Of a stretch of 32,082 nucleotides of DNA, positions 1-10,197 are shown in pieces (the first letter of the stretch is position 1; every line of letters starts with the position of its first letter). Source of the stretch: Nemertoderma westbladi (Eukaryota > Animalia > Xenacoelomorpha); NCBI GenBank assembly GCA_032718475.1, contig JAUCBJ010008994.1, positions 1 to 32,082 on the forward strand. Direction: 5' to 3'. Made by a program: the position numbers and the translations under genes. Under the pieces are notes generated by a model. It had not been told where the DNA came from and did no database searches. It saw only the letters and a program-made list of their open reading frames with translations.

Positions 1-239
1 TAATTTACATATAACAGACATTACAGAATATAATGTTGTATGGGCCTACTGCACAAATAAACTAATATTTATGTAGCTCAGTATATCTACAGTTTAAGGC
101 ACATAGCATAGCTAGTGCGTGACTCAAACTGCAACATATATAAATAGTAATGAATGTAAGTATTTATAGTATTATGATTAAGGTATTCCAGGAAATTATG
201 TTTCAATGTTAAAATTTGAATGGAAAAAAAAAATATATA

Positions 240-3200
240 TATTTATCAGAAACTCCAGCGGAATAGTAAAAAATAGGAAACACACAGTTAAATTAATTGC
301 TGTGGTTAGTAAAAGAAAATACGAAATGAATAAAGAGACAAGAAGAGGATGGCCTTATCTAGTATATTATTTTTGAATGTTTGACGGTTTAGCAACTAAT
401 ATTTTTAATTTGAAATTATGACTGATCGAGCGATCGGAGGGGGTAACTTAAATATAGATTAACATGCATCACTGAACAATAATAGTTATTATTATATAGT
501 AGAAAATAAGAATTCCCGAAATTTTTTGGAAAATAGAGGCTTTGATGTTATTTGTCGGATTGTTAAAGGAATAGAGTTCCAGACCTGAGGACCTTGGAAA
601 TTCATGGATTGTCTGGAAGTTAGTAAGCGAACGAAGGGGGTGTAAAGGTTTTGATTTGCCGATGAACGAGTATTATAAGAATGTACTGTAGATATTTTTT
701 TAAACAAGTTAGAAAACTGTGTGGCAGATAATGGTAATAAGTTATTTTGAGTATCGAACATTAGTAGGCCGACTTGATGGGTGTATAAAAGATTTAATGG
801 CAGGATTTGAGGCGATTTATATATTGGGTTTGAAGAGGCTTGGAAGTGGCTGAACGTAATACATCGGATAATTTTATTAATTTTTATACGGAGTGGTTTA
901 ATATAGCTAGTTTTCGACTTCCCCCACAAGATAAGGCCATAGAGCAGATAAGGATGTACAAGGGAGTAATATAGACGCTTGATTATCAGTGAGGGAAAAA
1001 TATGCCTAAGTTTGTAAAAGATACCTGCCGTACGTGATATTTTTTTAATTAAATATTCGATATGTATTTTCCAGGATAATTTTGAGTCCAACCAGATTCC
1101 AAGAAACTTTGCCGCGTTTGTTTGTTTAATATTTATGCCATTTATTGTTAGCGAACTGTTAATGTTATTACTGTTTCGATTACTGAAAAAAGTATGCTCG
1201 GTTTTTTTAACATTAAGTGAAAGCGAGTTATCTATAAGCCAATTACTAATTTTAATTAATTCAATATTTGTATTTTTAATAAGATTTTGTATCGATTGAT
1301 TTTGGGAAAAGAGAGTAGTGTCATCGGCGAATAAGGTGGTAAAGAGAGAGGAGGCATTTGGGAGGTCGTTGATGTAGAGGAGGAATAACAGACAAGATAA
1401 AGTGGCGCCCTGAGGGACCCCACAGACAAGTGGCATCACAGATGACAGACAATTATCGACTACAGTTACTTGAACACGGTCAGTAAGGTAATCAGTTAAT
1501 AACATATGCGGAATCCCTCGAATACCGTATGCTTGTAATTTTTTTAGTAAGATAGAGTGATCCAACGTATCGTACGCTTTTTTAAGGTCAATATAAATAG
1601 CACAGGAATACAACTTATCTTCTAGCGTTTGATATATTTTTTCAAGCATGGATAGGAGAGCATGAGTCGTTGTAGTTTTAGGACGAAATCCAAATTGCGA
1701 TTGAGTAATAATTTTAAACTTAGCTATATATGATTGAAGTTGGTTGTTAATAATAATTTCAAAAAGTTTACTAATAATAGGTAATAAGGATATTGGTCGA
1801 TAATTGTTCTTATCAGTGGGGTCACCGGCCTTAAACACTGGTACAACTTTCGCCCGCTTTAAGGATTTCGGGAAGAAGCCGCAGGAAATAGACAAATTTA
1901 TCAAATAACTTAAATGATGGGATAAGGGAAGAGCGCCTAGAGAGAGTAGTTTGGTTGAAAATATATCGTTAGAGGAAGATGACGTTTTGATATGTAGTAA
2001 GTGATATTGAATTTCAACTGGCGATGTTTCTGTTAGTACAAAAGATTGTGGGCCATTATGTGAGATATGCCGTAAGGGAGACCGATTCGATTTGGGTATT
2101 TGCTGGGACAAATTTGAACCAACAGTGGAAAAGTGATTATTGAATGCCTGGGAAATTTGTTTCGGGTCAGTTAGGGTTTCGATCACATCGCCTGTTATCA
2201 CAGTCAGTTTTTTTGGAGCGGCCGTTTTCCCACTTTTGTTTAGGGCTGAGTTTATTATACGCCAAGTTTTGCGATTATTATTGGAACATTTGTCAAACTG
2301 GGTTTTATAATAGTTTTTCTCAGCCTCCCGAAGAACAGAGGTTAAAATATTTCGGTACCTTTTAAAAGCTAGTTCGTTTACTACTGTGGGATTTTTTATG
2401 AAAGCGCGGTAAAGGTCATTCTTAATTATTGTTCTTTTAACTAAATTAGGAGTCATCCAAGGTTTCGCTGGAATTTCTTTGGGCTTAAGTGTTTTCGGGG
2501 CAGCATGTTTAAGACAGACCTTCTCCAAATCAGTATAAAATTGGTCTAATTTACAGTTATTTGGAATGGATGGATCAGTATACGTCCATGTATCAAGGCA
2601 GTTTAGGTCACGCAGAAAATTATTACAATTGAATTTTGAATAATCAAAAAAATTGGTCGTTTTGGTAGTTTTAAAATAGTTGTGATAATTTTGGAGAGTG
2701 ATGAACGTAGGCTGATGGTCTGATGTGCCAACTTTAGTAAAAAATGTACCGGATTGAGAAACCGAAGAAGTTATATTTGTAAATATGTGGTCAATATTGG
2801 TTCTACTCCATGGTGTGACACGTGTTGGTTGGCTAATAAGTTGCACGAGGCCGATTGAATTCATTATATCGATATATTCTTTGGACTGTTTTGTTGTTTT
2901 TAATAAATCTACATTAAAATCCCCCGTTAAAATTATATCACAATTTGATTTATTTAGATCTGTAATTGTTTTTTCAAGTTTTGTAAGGAAATATGGTAGC
3001 ACAACAGAATTTGGACGATAGATTGTGCCTATTACCAGCGGCCTCTTGTTTGGTCGATGTAGTTGAACCCATGAGTTTTCAAAACCCTCGATCCTCAGTT
3101 CAGGTTTCATATCAAAATTAATAGATTCTTTGAAATAAATTGCAGTGCCGCCTCTTTTAAGTTTTTTCTTACTAATTTTCACTGTATTTGGTAGAACCCG

Positions 3201-4046
3201 GCAATCATAAAACGGACCATCATAACCATTAATTTTCAATAAGTCAGTGGGAGTGTCTGTGGATAAAAATGTTTCCGTAAAAGTGAGTACTTCGAAAGTA
3301 TGATTTAGTGAAAGTAAAAAATCTGTAATGGCTGAAAAGTTTTTTGGCAAGCTACGACAGTTTAAATGAAAAACCGACATTGTTACAGATGGGGAATTCT
3401 CCAAAATAGAGTTAAATTGATTTTCAGTCACAGTACCTTTATCTATATTTAAATTTGTAATATTTTCGTCAGGGTCTATGTGGCTAAAAGTTTGATTAAT
3501 GTTGTTAATTATAGAGCTGGTTAGTTCCTCTTCTATCTCTTTATTACCAAAGATATCGTAATCGTCAGTATCGATATTAACGAAGGGAAAAATTGTAGCA
3601 TTACAGAAAATACAAAAATGATACTTTAAATCATTAGTGTCACAGAGATCGTCATCTGAGAGGTGTGTGCCACATTGAATATGAAAGGAGTTACGACATA
3701 AAGCACAATAAAAAGTATATTCCGCTGGAGTAATTTCAGAAAAACAAAAGTAACAATGTAAGTTATTAGAGCTTGAGTGCATCCAGTGAGATTGTTAGGA
3801 AGTCACTTAGAGCAGTATATATGCTTTTCAGCGGTTACACCAATATACTAGAATATGTGCTAAAAATATAGTAATGTCTACAGCTGACGTCATATAAATT
3901 TTGTTATATATCTGGCATATAAATAAAGTATCAAAGGCGCCTTAATAGAAGGATAAACATAATATTCATAAAATAATATATGTAGGGTTTACCTTGGTTC
4001 ATTTAACCTTGGAAACAAGAGTATACACACATAAATATAAATGGAG
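240..4046 (-). mobile_element. CR1/L2-like LINE (single ORF; boundaries approximate)
   Basis: The ORF above plus AT-rich UTRs. The 5' side abuts the Polinton subterminal-like sequence starting at ~4047. No ORF1 or TSD identified. Confidence 0.7.
492..3782 (-). CDS. CR1/L2-clade non-LTR retrotransposon ORF2: N-terminal PHD-like Cys/His finger, APE endonuclease, reverse transcriptase
   Basis: Uninterrupted 1096-aa ORF. N-terminal CxxC..CxxC..HxxC..CxxC; endonuclease motifs HLNCRSL, TET, GTIYRP, GDFN, IDHIF, SDH; RT motifs YRPISLL, QFGFR, DLKKAYD, GVPQG, FADD, FLGIWLD. Confidence 0.95.
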   Translation of the reverse strand: MHSSSNNLHCYFCFSEITPAEYTFYCALCRNSFHIQCGTHLSDDDLCDTNDLKYHFCIFCNATIFPFVNIDTDDYDIFGNKEIEEELTSSIINNINQTFSHIDPDENITNLNIDKGTVTENQFNSILENSPSVTMSVFHLNCRSLPKNFSAITDFLLSLNHTFEVLTFTETFLSTDTPTDLLKINGYDGPFYDCRVLPNTVKISKKKLKRGGTAIYFKESINFDMKPELRIEGFENSWVQLHRPNKRPLVIGTIYRPNSVVLPYFLTKLEKTITDLNKSNCDIILTGDFNVDLLKTTKQSKEYIDIMNSIGLVQLISQPTRVTPWSRTNIDHIFTNITSSVSQSGTFFTKVGTSDHQPTFITLQNYHNYFKTTKTTNFFDYSKFNCNNFLRDLNCLDTWTYTDPSIPNNCKLDQFYTDLEKVCLKHAAPKTLKPKEIPAKPWMTPNLVKRTIIKNDLYRAFIKNPTVVNELAFKRYRNILTSVLREAEKNYYKTQFDKCSNNNRKTWRIINSALNKSGKTAAPKKLTVITGDVIETLTDPKQISQAFNNHFSTVGSNLSQQIPKSNRSPLRHISHNGPQSFVLTETSPVEIQYHLLHIKTSSSSNDIFSTKLLSLGALPLSHHLSYLINLSISCGFFPKSLKRAKVVPVFKAGDPTDKNNYRPISLLPIISKLFEIIINNQLQSYIAKFKIITQSQFGFRPKTTTTHALLSMLEKIYQTLEDKLYSCAIYIDLKKAYDTLDHSILLKKLQAYGIRGIPHMLLTDYLTDRVQVTVVDNCLSSVMPLVCGVPQGATLSCLLFLLYINDLPNASSLFTTLFADDTTLFSQNQSIQNLIKNTNIELIKISNWLIDNSLSLNVKKTEHTFFSNRNSNNINSSLTINGINIKQTNAAKFLGIWLDSKLSWKIHIEYLIKKISRTAGIFYKLRHIFPSLIIKRLYYSLVHPYLLYGLILWGKSKTSYIKPLRIKINKIIRCITFSHFQASSNPIYKSPQILPLNLLYTHQVGLLMFDTQNNLLPLSATQFSNLFKKISTVHSYNTRSSANQNLYTPFVRLLTSRQSMNFQGPQVWNSIPLTIRQITSKPLFSKKFREFLFSTI

Positions 4047-4240
4047 ACTTACTATGACTCCCACTTACTATGGTTACCATTGTGTATATATGACATATGT
4101 TACCACTGTGTATATGGTATAAGGCCAGTCCACAGACGGAAGTAATTTAATTAATTCGTGTCTACTGGTTGGCGCTTGACCTTGAACCATCATAGGTAAA
4201 ACCCAATATAGTAAGTAGGTGGGTTGCAGACATTTGGTAA
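4047..4240. repeat. Polinton subterminal (TIR-like) segment, copy lacking the extreme terminus
   Basis: Clear nucleotide similarity to ~21697-21912 and ~24978-25193 (cccacttactatggttaccattgtg...cagacggaagtaatttaattaattcgtgtctac...gggttgcagac), which follow AGTAGTA termini. Confidence 0.6.
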
Positions 4241-4471
4241 CCCGCTTCAACCATTTTACAAAATAACGTTGAGGCAATCTCCCCTGCAGTCCGTTGTTGA
4301 TCTAACATTTACCACAAATAATTAAACACTCGGTATTAATAAAAGTATCCCCAATATCCTGGGGCCTTCGCGCAGCACGAAGTGAGCAAAGCATTTAGCA
4401 TGTGGGTACTATTGTCGAATTTTGGCAATTATTTATTGTTATTATATTAATTGTTGAAATTATTACTTACA

Positions 4472-5016
4472 TTAATCTTGGGTAGGAGGCGGCATTCGTG
4501 TTTGGTCAATCACCCACGGGGGGCAGGCGCACGTCGGTCGGATTTCTCCCCGAACAATTCTCCCCAGCTCCGCAGGGAGTGGTGGTGGATCTAGTGGGGG
4601 GAACCACGGCGATATCGCCATCAGGGCCCCCTATTTGGCAATACCATGGCAATAGGCCTAATAGGCCTATCAATCAGTGAATGAAAGTTGATAGGTCTAT
4701 ACGCCGTTGCCATTGGCGTATTAGGCCTCCTAAGGGGTTCGATAGTACCCCCACGAGGCCCCCCACAGAAAGTTTGGGGCACCCTACCGGAAACCGGTAT
4801 TTGTTGGATGGGGTCTATATCGCTCGCTACAGCTGGAGGGTTTTGATTGGCTATTGCGATCACATCCACACCTCCACCTGTAGCCCCTATTTCTGTGATT
4901 TCCCCACTCCCTTCTACCGGTAGGCTTGGGGTATTGGCATGCTGTTGTTGTTGTCGCTGCCTCACCCATAATAACGTTGAGGCAATCCCCCACGCAGGCC
5001 GTTGTTGATCCAACAT
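4472..5016 (-). pseudogene. Pro-rich accessory ORF (MLDQQR...), frameshifted, ending in RPTCACPPWVIDQTRMPPPTQD
   Basis: ORF 4621-5043 plus an out-of-frame tail homologous to the RPMCVCPPRMIGETHTPLPTEN end of 26024-26302. The downstream flank is also shared. The 5' part is duplicated at ~4263-4345. Confidence 0.45.
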
Positions 5017-5789
5017 TTTATTGTGAATAATTAAATTAAACAATCAGTATTAATAATAAAAGTGTCGTAAACTTTAACCTTTTTCTGTGATTATTTTCCG
5101 TGATTGATTAAATCAAATCAACGTTAATATAGCAAACTACAACAGAACCAGCTATTATAACGCAATTCGGCAATGCTAAATTATCTTACGCTTCACTACA
5201 CATCTTTATAAAGACTTTTTTGCCGCGTATCTTTATAAATAAGGCTTTTTCTTTGTGTAACTGCTGGCATATGCGAATAGATTGAATGCAGACCTTTGAT
5301 TGTCGTTAGAGCGTTTAATTATTGTCTAATGTGCGTAGTATGGATAGAGATTCTGGCCTTTGATGTAGCAAATGCTCGGTATATATTTATAATAAAATCA
5401 AACTGGGGGCCACTGGTGAACTGTTTTATTATATTATATGTGATCGGTGGCATTATATTATATGTCGGTAGATTATCGTGATTTTGTTGACAATGTGTGG
5501 GGCGAGCCACGAAGTAAACGAAGCCTTTGCATATGGGTGCCATTGGCGAGTTGTCTGTTGTCGTCGTCTGTCGTCGTAAATTTTTGATCGCTAATAACTC
5601 AGTTATTCCTTGATGAAATTAAACGAAACTTGGTATGTATGTAGTCCGTCAAAAGTTTAGAAAGAATCCGAAGTTTCGTCAAAAACGAACGAACACAACG
5701 AGGCACAAGAGGAGGACGAGTATTGTGTTGAAGACTTCTGACTAACGGCGGACAACTCATTAATGGTATCCATATGCTAAAGGCTTTGC

Positions 5790-5981
5790 TCACTTCGTGC
5801 TGCGCGAAGACCCCACGAACGTGTTAAGATGGCTTACAGCTTTTACCACACACACAAAGGCCCCACCCATGTCACTTACCACATCCCATATATTTATTAA
5901 AAATATTGTTATTACTATATACCCAAGAAATAAATATTTATTATTATTAATATTAATACTAATATTTTCACACACCGACAA
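5790..5981 (-). pseudogene. Small putative membrane protein downstream of protease
   Basis: Hydrophobic stretch KYLFLGYIVITIFLINIW; homologous copy in the same position at ~26540-26670. No clear ATG start. Confidence 0.35.
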
Positions 5982-6012
5982 TTAAATATACCCCTTAACC
6001 TAAATAAATAAA

Positions 6013-6419
6013 TAATTTTATTAATGAAAGTGTTCACTGTAATAACAATAAATCATTGTACCACAAATTATTTCGGCACCTCAGTTAGATAATACAGACA
6101 AAATAGACCACACTGAGTCGAATGTGGCGCTTGAAATATTTTACGATTCCATGTATGCCTTTGGGTATATTTATGTAACCAATAGGATATTCTTGGTGGT
6201 GGGGCTTTACCAAAAGAATCTAAATAATGCGCAACCCTGTTGACCACGCACGCAAGACCAGTGTTGTCCCGGAAGACCTATACGTTGATTATTAATAATA
6301 AATGAATAATTGTGTTTATGCTTATTTTTTTTGTGTATTAGGTGTAATTGGTCGATTGCATAAACACTGATGTATTCGGACCCCACCGGGAATTTCGCTA
6401 ATAGTTTAGAGTCCAACAT
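6013..6419 (-). pseudogene. Polinton/adintovirus adenain-like cysteine protease (copy A, frameshifted)
   Basis: MLDS..VYAIDQL..FIINN..PGQHW, then out of frame DSFGK..IFQAPHSTQCGLFCLYYL: the His/Asp/Gln-Cys order of clan CE proteases. Confidence 0.85.
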
Positions 6420-6503
6420 CTTGGTGTGTATGTATCCTTATAAGTTTAAGATAATTTCTCCAATTCCGCCAACGGTGTGGCTTTGCTTACTATGCGAGAC
6501 CTT

Positions 6504-7214
6504 TTATTCGGTTATTATTTCTTTGGCCTCCGAAATAGTTAGAAGAGCGTTGTAGCTTGACATGATTATAACATTAATAGTGTTAACTAGCACATTAATA
6601 CATACAAATTCGGCGTAATTTAAATCGACATGTTTAAAATGTAGCGGATTGCTGCTTAATTCCCCGTTGAACCTGGCGTTGGTAAAAGCATTCCAATCAA
6701 AATATACTTAGGTAATTTTCCTTGGATTATGTTCGATTCTGTATAACTGGACTGCCCACCACCAATAGTGAAGGTTTTCACTTCTTGTTTTAACAAGTTA
6801 TAAATAAAGTCATTTTTTTGTGACCCCAATAAATGCGCGCGCATAACCTCAGAATCAATCCTGTGGCGTTTTATTTTTAAATTAAGTTAATCCGGCTGGG
6901 GGTTCAACTTTCAAAAAAAAATTATTTGATACTCGGTCTATACGAAGTCGAACGTTAATTCCGGGCGGCAATAATTTGTCCTGACTTGTCAAGTCTAGAA
7001 AAATTGGGGTCACTACGAATTTAACATAATTACCACGAATGTCGTTCCCAGTAGTGACAGGTACCCCACCCAGATTATTATCTGTATCCTCATAACCACC
7101 AGCTCTTAAAATACCGCTTTTTTCGTTAGCATCTGTCAACAGTAATGTCTGAAACGTAGACTTATTGGCGTAGAATCCATTCGAGGTTTCAACTAGCTTT
7201 TCATTTAGGTACAT
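6504..7214 (-). pseudogene. Polinton/Maverick major capsid protein (double jelly-roll), copy A, with deletions and frameshifts
   Basis: YLNEKLV..Y..K..QTLL, DL..QDKLLPPGINVRLRI, EVKTFTIGGG..N..QGKLPKYILIGM, NPLHF, C-terminal ..EIITE match the Polinton MCP pattern. Adjacent to the protease. Confidence 0.88.
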
Positions 7215-7364
7215 CGAATGTAAAAAATAAAAATAGGTAAAAATAGGTTTTTTTTTGCCAGCTTTAGAGCTATAATTATACAGAAAGAGTCACTTGTTAA
7301 AATTCCAACAAAAGTAGCACGAGAGCCTTAGTTGAGTTGTCACATTAATTAATATAGGAGGTGG

Positions 7365-7590
7365 CCTACTACTATGATCAGCATGCGCATTGCTGCTGCA
7401 TTTTTAATAATCCTGTGCCGGCTTGTTGACAAAATTGCGCCGCTACAATGCCCTATCACCCATGACATTTGCTAGATCATCCACATCTTCAAGACCAGTG
7501 TCCTTTAAAATGCGCCTCAAGAAAGTCATGGGCTATCCACCACGCCTATCCACCCCTATGAGGCCGCCAAAGCACACAATCTCACCTCAA
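7365..7590 (-). mobile_element. Decayed 3' end of RTE-like LINE (also at ~20305-20530 and ~23586-23811)
   Basis: Minus strand reads LWRPHRG/RRGG*PMTFLRRILKDTGLEDVDDLANVMGDRAL*RR, resembling the C-terminus of the RTE fragment at 13776-14134. Followed by a TAGTAGTAG tail. Confidence 0.5.
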
Positions 7591-8236
7591 GTGCATCAGT
7601 TTGTATTTTAATTACCTTGCTCTCGTGATACTTTTACCGAAAGATTAAACTTCACCCTATTGCAAGTCACTAGACACATATTGTATATATTGATGGTCTC
7701 ATATCAGAAGGGGCTAAGTCACATCTTTTCTCTACAGGAAATGGGATTATTGATCATATATAGTAGATTGTTATATAGCTCGGTGTACATTCTGCCAGAG
7801 CCCCAAAGAACCAGAATGTATGGTTGCTGTGATATTTTCAATTTCATATTGACCTAATCAGAGAGCCCTTTAGTAATCATTAGATTTGGTATTTATTTTT
7901 TCAAACCCGTAATAGTGAACTCTCGAACACAAGTTTTATTTTTATTAATTAATATTTTAATAAATAAACATTTCCATATAATAATAATAATTCAATACAA
8001 TTATATTACCCTGCAACCATTATTTAGTTTTTATCGGCTAATTCCATGCGTTGTAGGCGGATGGCAGTGGCTTCCTTTCCCTGATTGTCTAGCGCTTCCT
8101 AACCTGTATAGTTCAACAAAGTTTAAAGTTTTTACTTTGTGTAATTAATTAAATTATATTCATGTAACATTTATGTAATAAAACGGATATGGTGAGGGAT
8201 CAAACTTGTTGTTACTTGTTTAATTTACCTTGTCAA

Positions 8237-8552
8237 TTAATCCCACGCTTCTTCTCTACATTCTTTTTCTGTGCCCCACGCTTCTTTCTACCATTCAATG
8301 CTAGGGTTTTCAGTTTTGATATGTTCTTCTTCTTTTCTTTTTTCGTGAATTGACTTCCCATTTCTATACTGACAGTATCATAACTGGTATTGTTTTTCTG
8401 CCTCAGGAAAGTAATGGCATTGAACGTTCGGGCATTGAACTATTTTTTCTCCCGGATGATTTCTTCTACATTTTCTTAAGTGTCTGATAAATCTTTCCAC
8501 ATGAATTCTGTGGGTTGTTTCATATTGGTCATATTATATACACATTATCGAT
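8237..8552 (-). pseudogene. GTSF1/Asterix-like double CHHC zinc-finger pseudogene (copy A)
   Basis: Manual translation: DNVYII*P/YETTHRIHVERFIRHLRKCRRNHPGEKIVQCPNVQCHYFPEAEKQYQL*YCQYRNGKSIHEK...EW*KEAWGTEKECREEAWD*. Lost ATG, one frameshift, internal stops. Confidence 0.85.
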
Positions 8553-8810
8553 TATAAAAAGTATATGATAAATATTGTATATTATAAAATTGTTAATTAA
8601 ATTATTAATAAGTATTACCTTAGTGAATATTTAATGAATATAGAGAAGTGGTTTATTATATTATATTCAAGTAATACTCAATCTAAGGCTTATTTATCAT
8701 CAAATAAATTTATTATAATATATTAACTACATTAAATGTATTTTATTTTTTAGATTAACCAAAATCACCCATTATAATAGAATAATAACTAACGAACTTA
8801 TCCATCACCA

Positions 8811-8903
8811 TCACAATAGAATAAAACAATAAACGTTCGAAAGTACACCCTGAATCATATGTGTAGCATCGTATGGGCATATAATATAATCACTGTTATC
8901 CAT
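8811..8903 (-). pseudogene. Truncated 5' fragment of another GTSF1-like gene
   Basis: MDNSDYIICPYDATHMI... then diverges. Upstream 8905-9040 resembles the upstream of the 14294-14602 copy (ccaaaaagacaaa...aaactt...ttttttaga..aatgat.taacttt). Confidence 0.7.
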
Positions 8904-9140
8904 CCAAAAAGACAAACTAAAAACCAAAAAAACAAACTTGAAAAAAAAGAAAACTTAATTTAAGTGAGTTTACAAGAAAACTTGGTTTTAGCAAACTTAA
9001 CTTTTAATGTTTTTTAGAAGGAATGATGTAACTTTTATAGTATTCCTTCTCGTGGTAGACTCGCGGAGTGTAAATGCGATAATCCACATGCACACAGAAT
9101 CCAGAAAAGTGGATTCTGCCACTTTTCTGGAAAATCCTAC

Positions 9141-9700
9141 CAATATTGCAATTCTACAGTTATTGCCAAGCAATAAGTTGTGGGGGCGAGCCGTGTAGTG
9201 AGAATAAGGTATTTATAATATTATTTTTAATTTGATTATACTACTTATATGGGGAGGGGGGCGAGCCGTGAAGTGTGTGAAAGCATATAGAGTTATTGAC
9301 AAGCAATAAGTTGTGGGGGGGGGGGGGGGGGGGGGGGGGGCAAGCCGCGAAGTGAGAATAAGGTATTTATAATATTATTTTTAATTTGATTATTCTAACT
9401 AACTAATAACTCAGTTATTTCGTGATTTGATGAAAAAATAGGGCGAGCCATGAAGCGAGCGAAGCCTTAGAATATGGGTACCATTAACGAGTTGTGGGGC
9501 GAGTTTGATCGATTATTCTTGGTGGGCATACATACATTGATTGGGTACCACACCCGTGTATAGAGAACTATCCGAACTTCCAGGGGGTATGCACCTGGCT
9601 ATAGCACGCTAACCTATTGTCCTGAACCTTCGTGCAGCACGAAGTAAGCAAAGCCTTTAGCATGTATAGGAACTATTGTTGAATTTGTTGATTATTATTG
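9141..9700. repeat. Non-coding region with reiterated GGGGCGAGCCRYGAAG motif (homologous to ~25210-26000); includes a G26 run at 9315-9340
   Basis: Motif copies near 9182, 9258, 9337, 9440 and 9496; long colinear similarity to 25472-26000. Confidence 0.7.
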
Positions 9701-9733
9701 TTATTATAATAATTGTCGAAATTCTTACTTACA

Positions 9734-9978
9734 TTAATTTTCGGTAGGTGGCGGTGTGTGAGTTTCACCAACCATCCGCGGCGGACATATGCACATCGGC
9801 CGCCGACCAGCGAATGGGCCATCTTTACGCAGCCCGGCTACATCTGCGAGTGCGTCGCCCGCACCCTATCTGCCCACAAATCTCTAAATAGTTTATATAG
9901 TCTCCATCTTGTAAATGTTAATTCGTGATGCACGAAAGGTTGCACAACTAACGTTGGTTTCTTACCGCCTTCTGCCAT
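9734..9978 (-). pseudogene. MAEGG/CxCPP accessory ORF, frameshifted copy
   Basis: MAEGGKKPTLVVQPFVHHELTFTRWRLYKLFRDLWADRVRATHS/DVAGLRKDGPFAGRRPMCICPPRMVGETHTPPPTEN*, homologous to 26024-26302. Confidence 0.65.
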
Positions 9979-10125
9979 TGAAATTGAAATTAAGAAATTA
10001 AGAATAATATTATAATTTAAATAATAAAGTGATGTCGGTATCGCTATTCCCGATGTTAATATAGTAAACTATTATAACAGAACTAGCTAATTTTGGTAAG
10101 GCTAATTATCTATGCTTCGTATCTA

Positions 10126-10193
10126 AGTAGTAAGAGTATGCCATCCTCTGCGACAGTTAGACCTACTTCGCACCTTGGGTGTTAAGTAGGTCA
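10126..10193 (+). repeat. Probable Polinton terminus (AGTAGTA...CAGT at +28), interrupted by piggyBac
   Basis: AGTAGTAAGAGTATGCCATCCTCTGCGA-CAGT begins a few bases after similarity to the 19000 region ends. Same spacing as the termini at 21609, 24890 and 27717. Confidence 0.5.
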
Positions 10194-10197
10194 TTAA

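Noticed and set aside
7423-8148. Plus-strand short ORFs repeated three times (7423, 7660, 7915 and duplicates)
   Set aside because: Recurrence is explained by DNA duplication; non-ATG starts, no motifs, and one is antisense to an RTE remnant.
9315-9340. G26 run as a functional G-quadruplex
   Set aside because: It is an expansion of the GGGG in one motif copy, absent from the homologous 25514 copy; homopolymer length is also error-prone.
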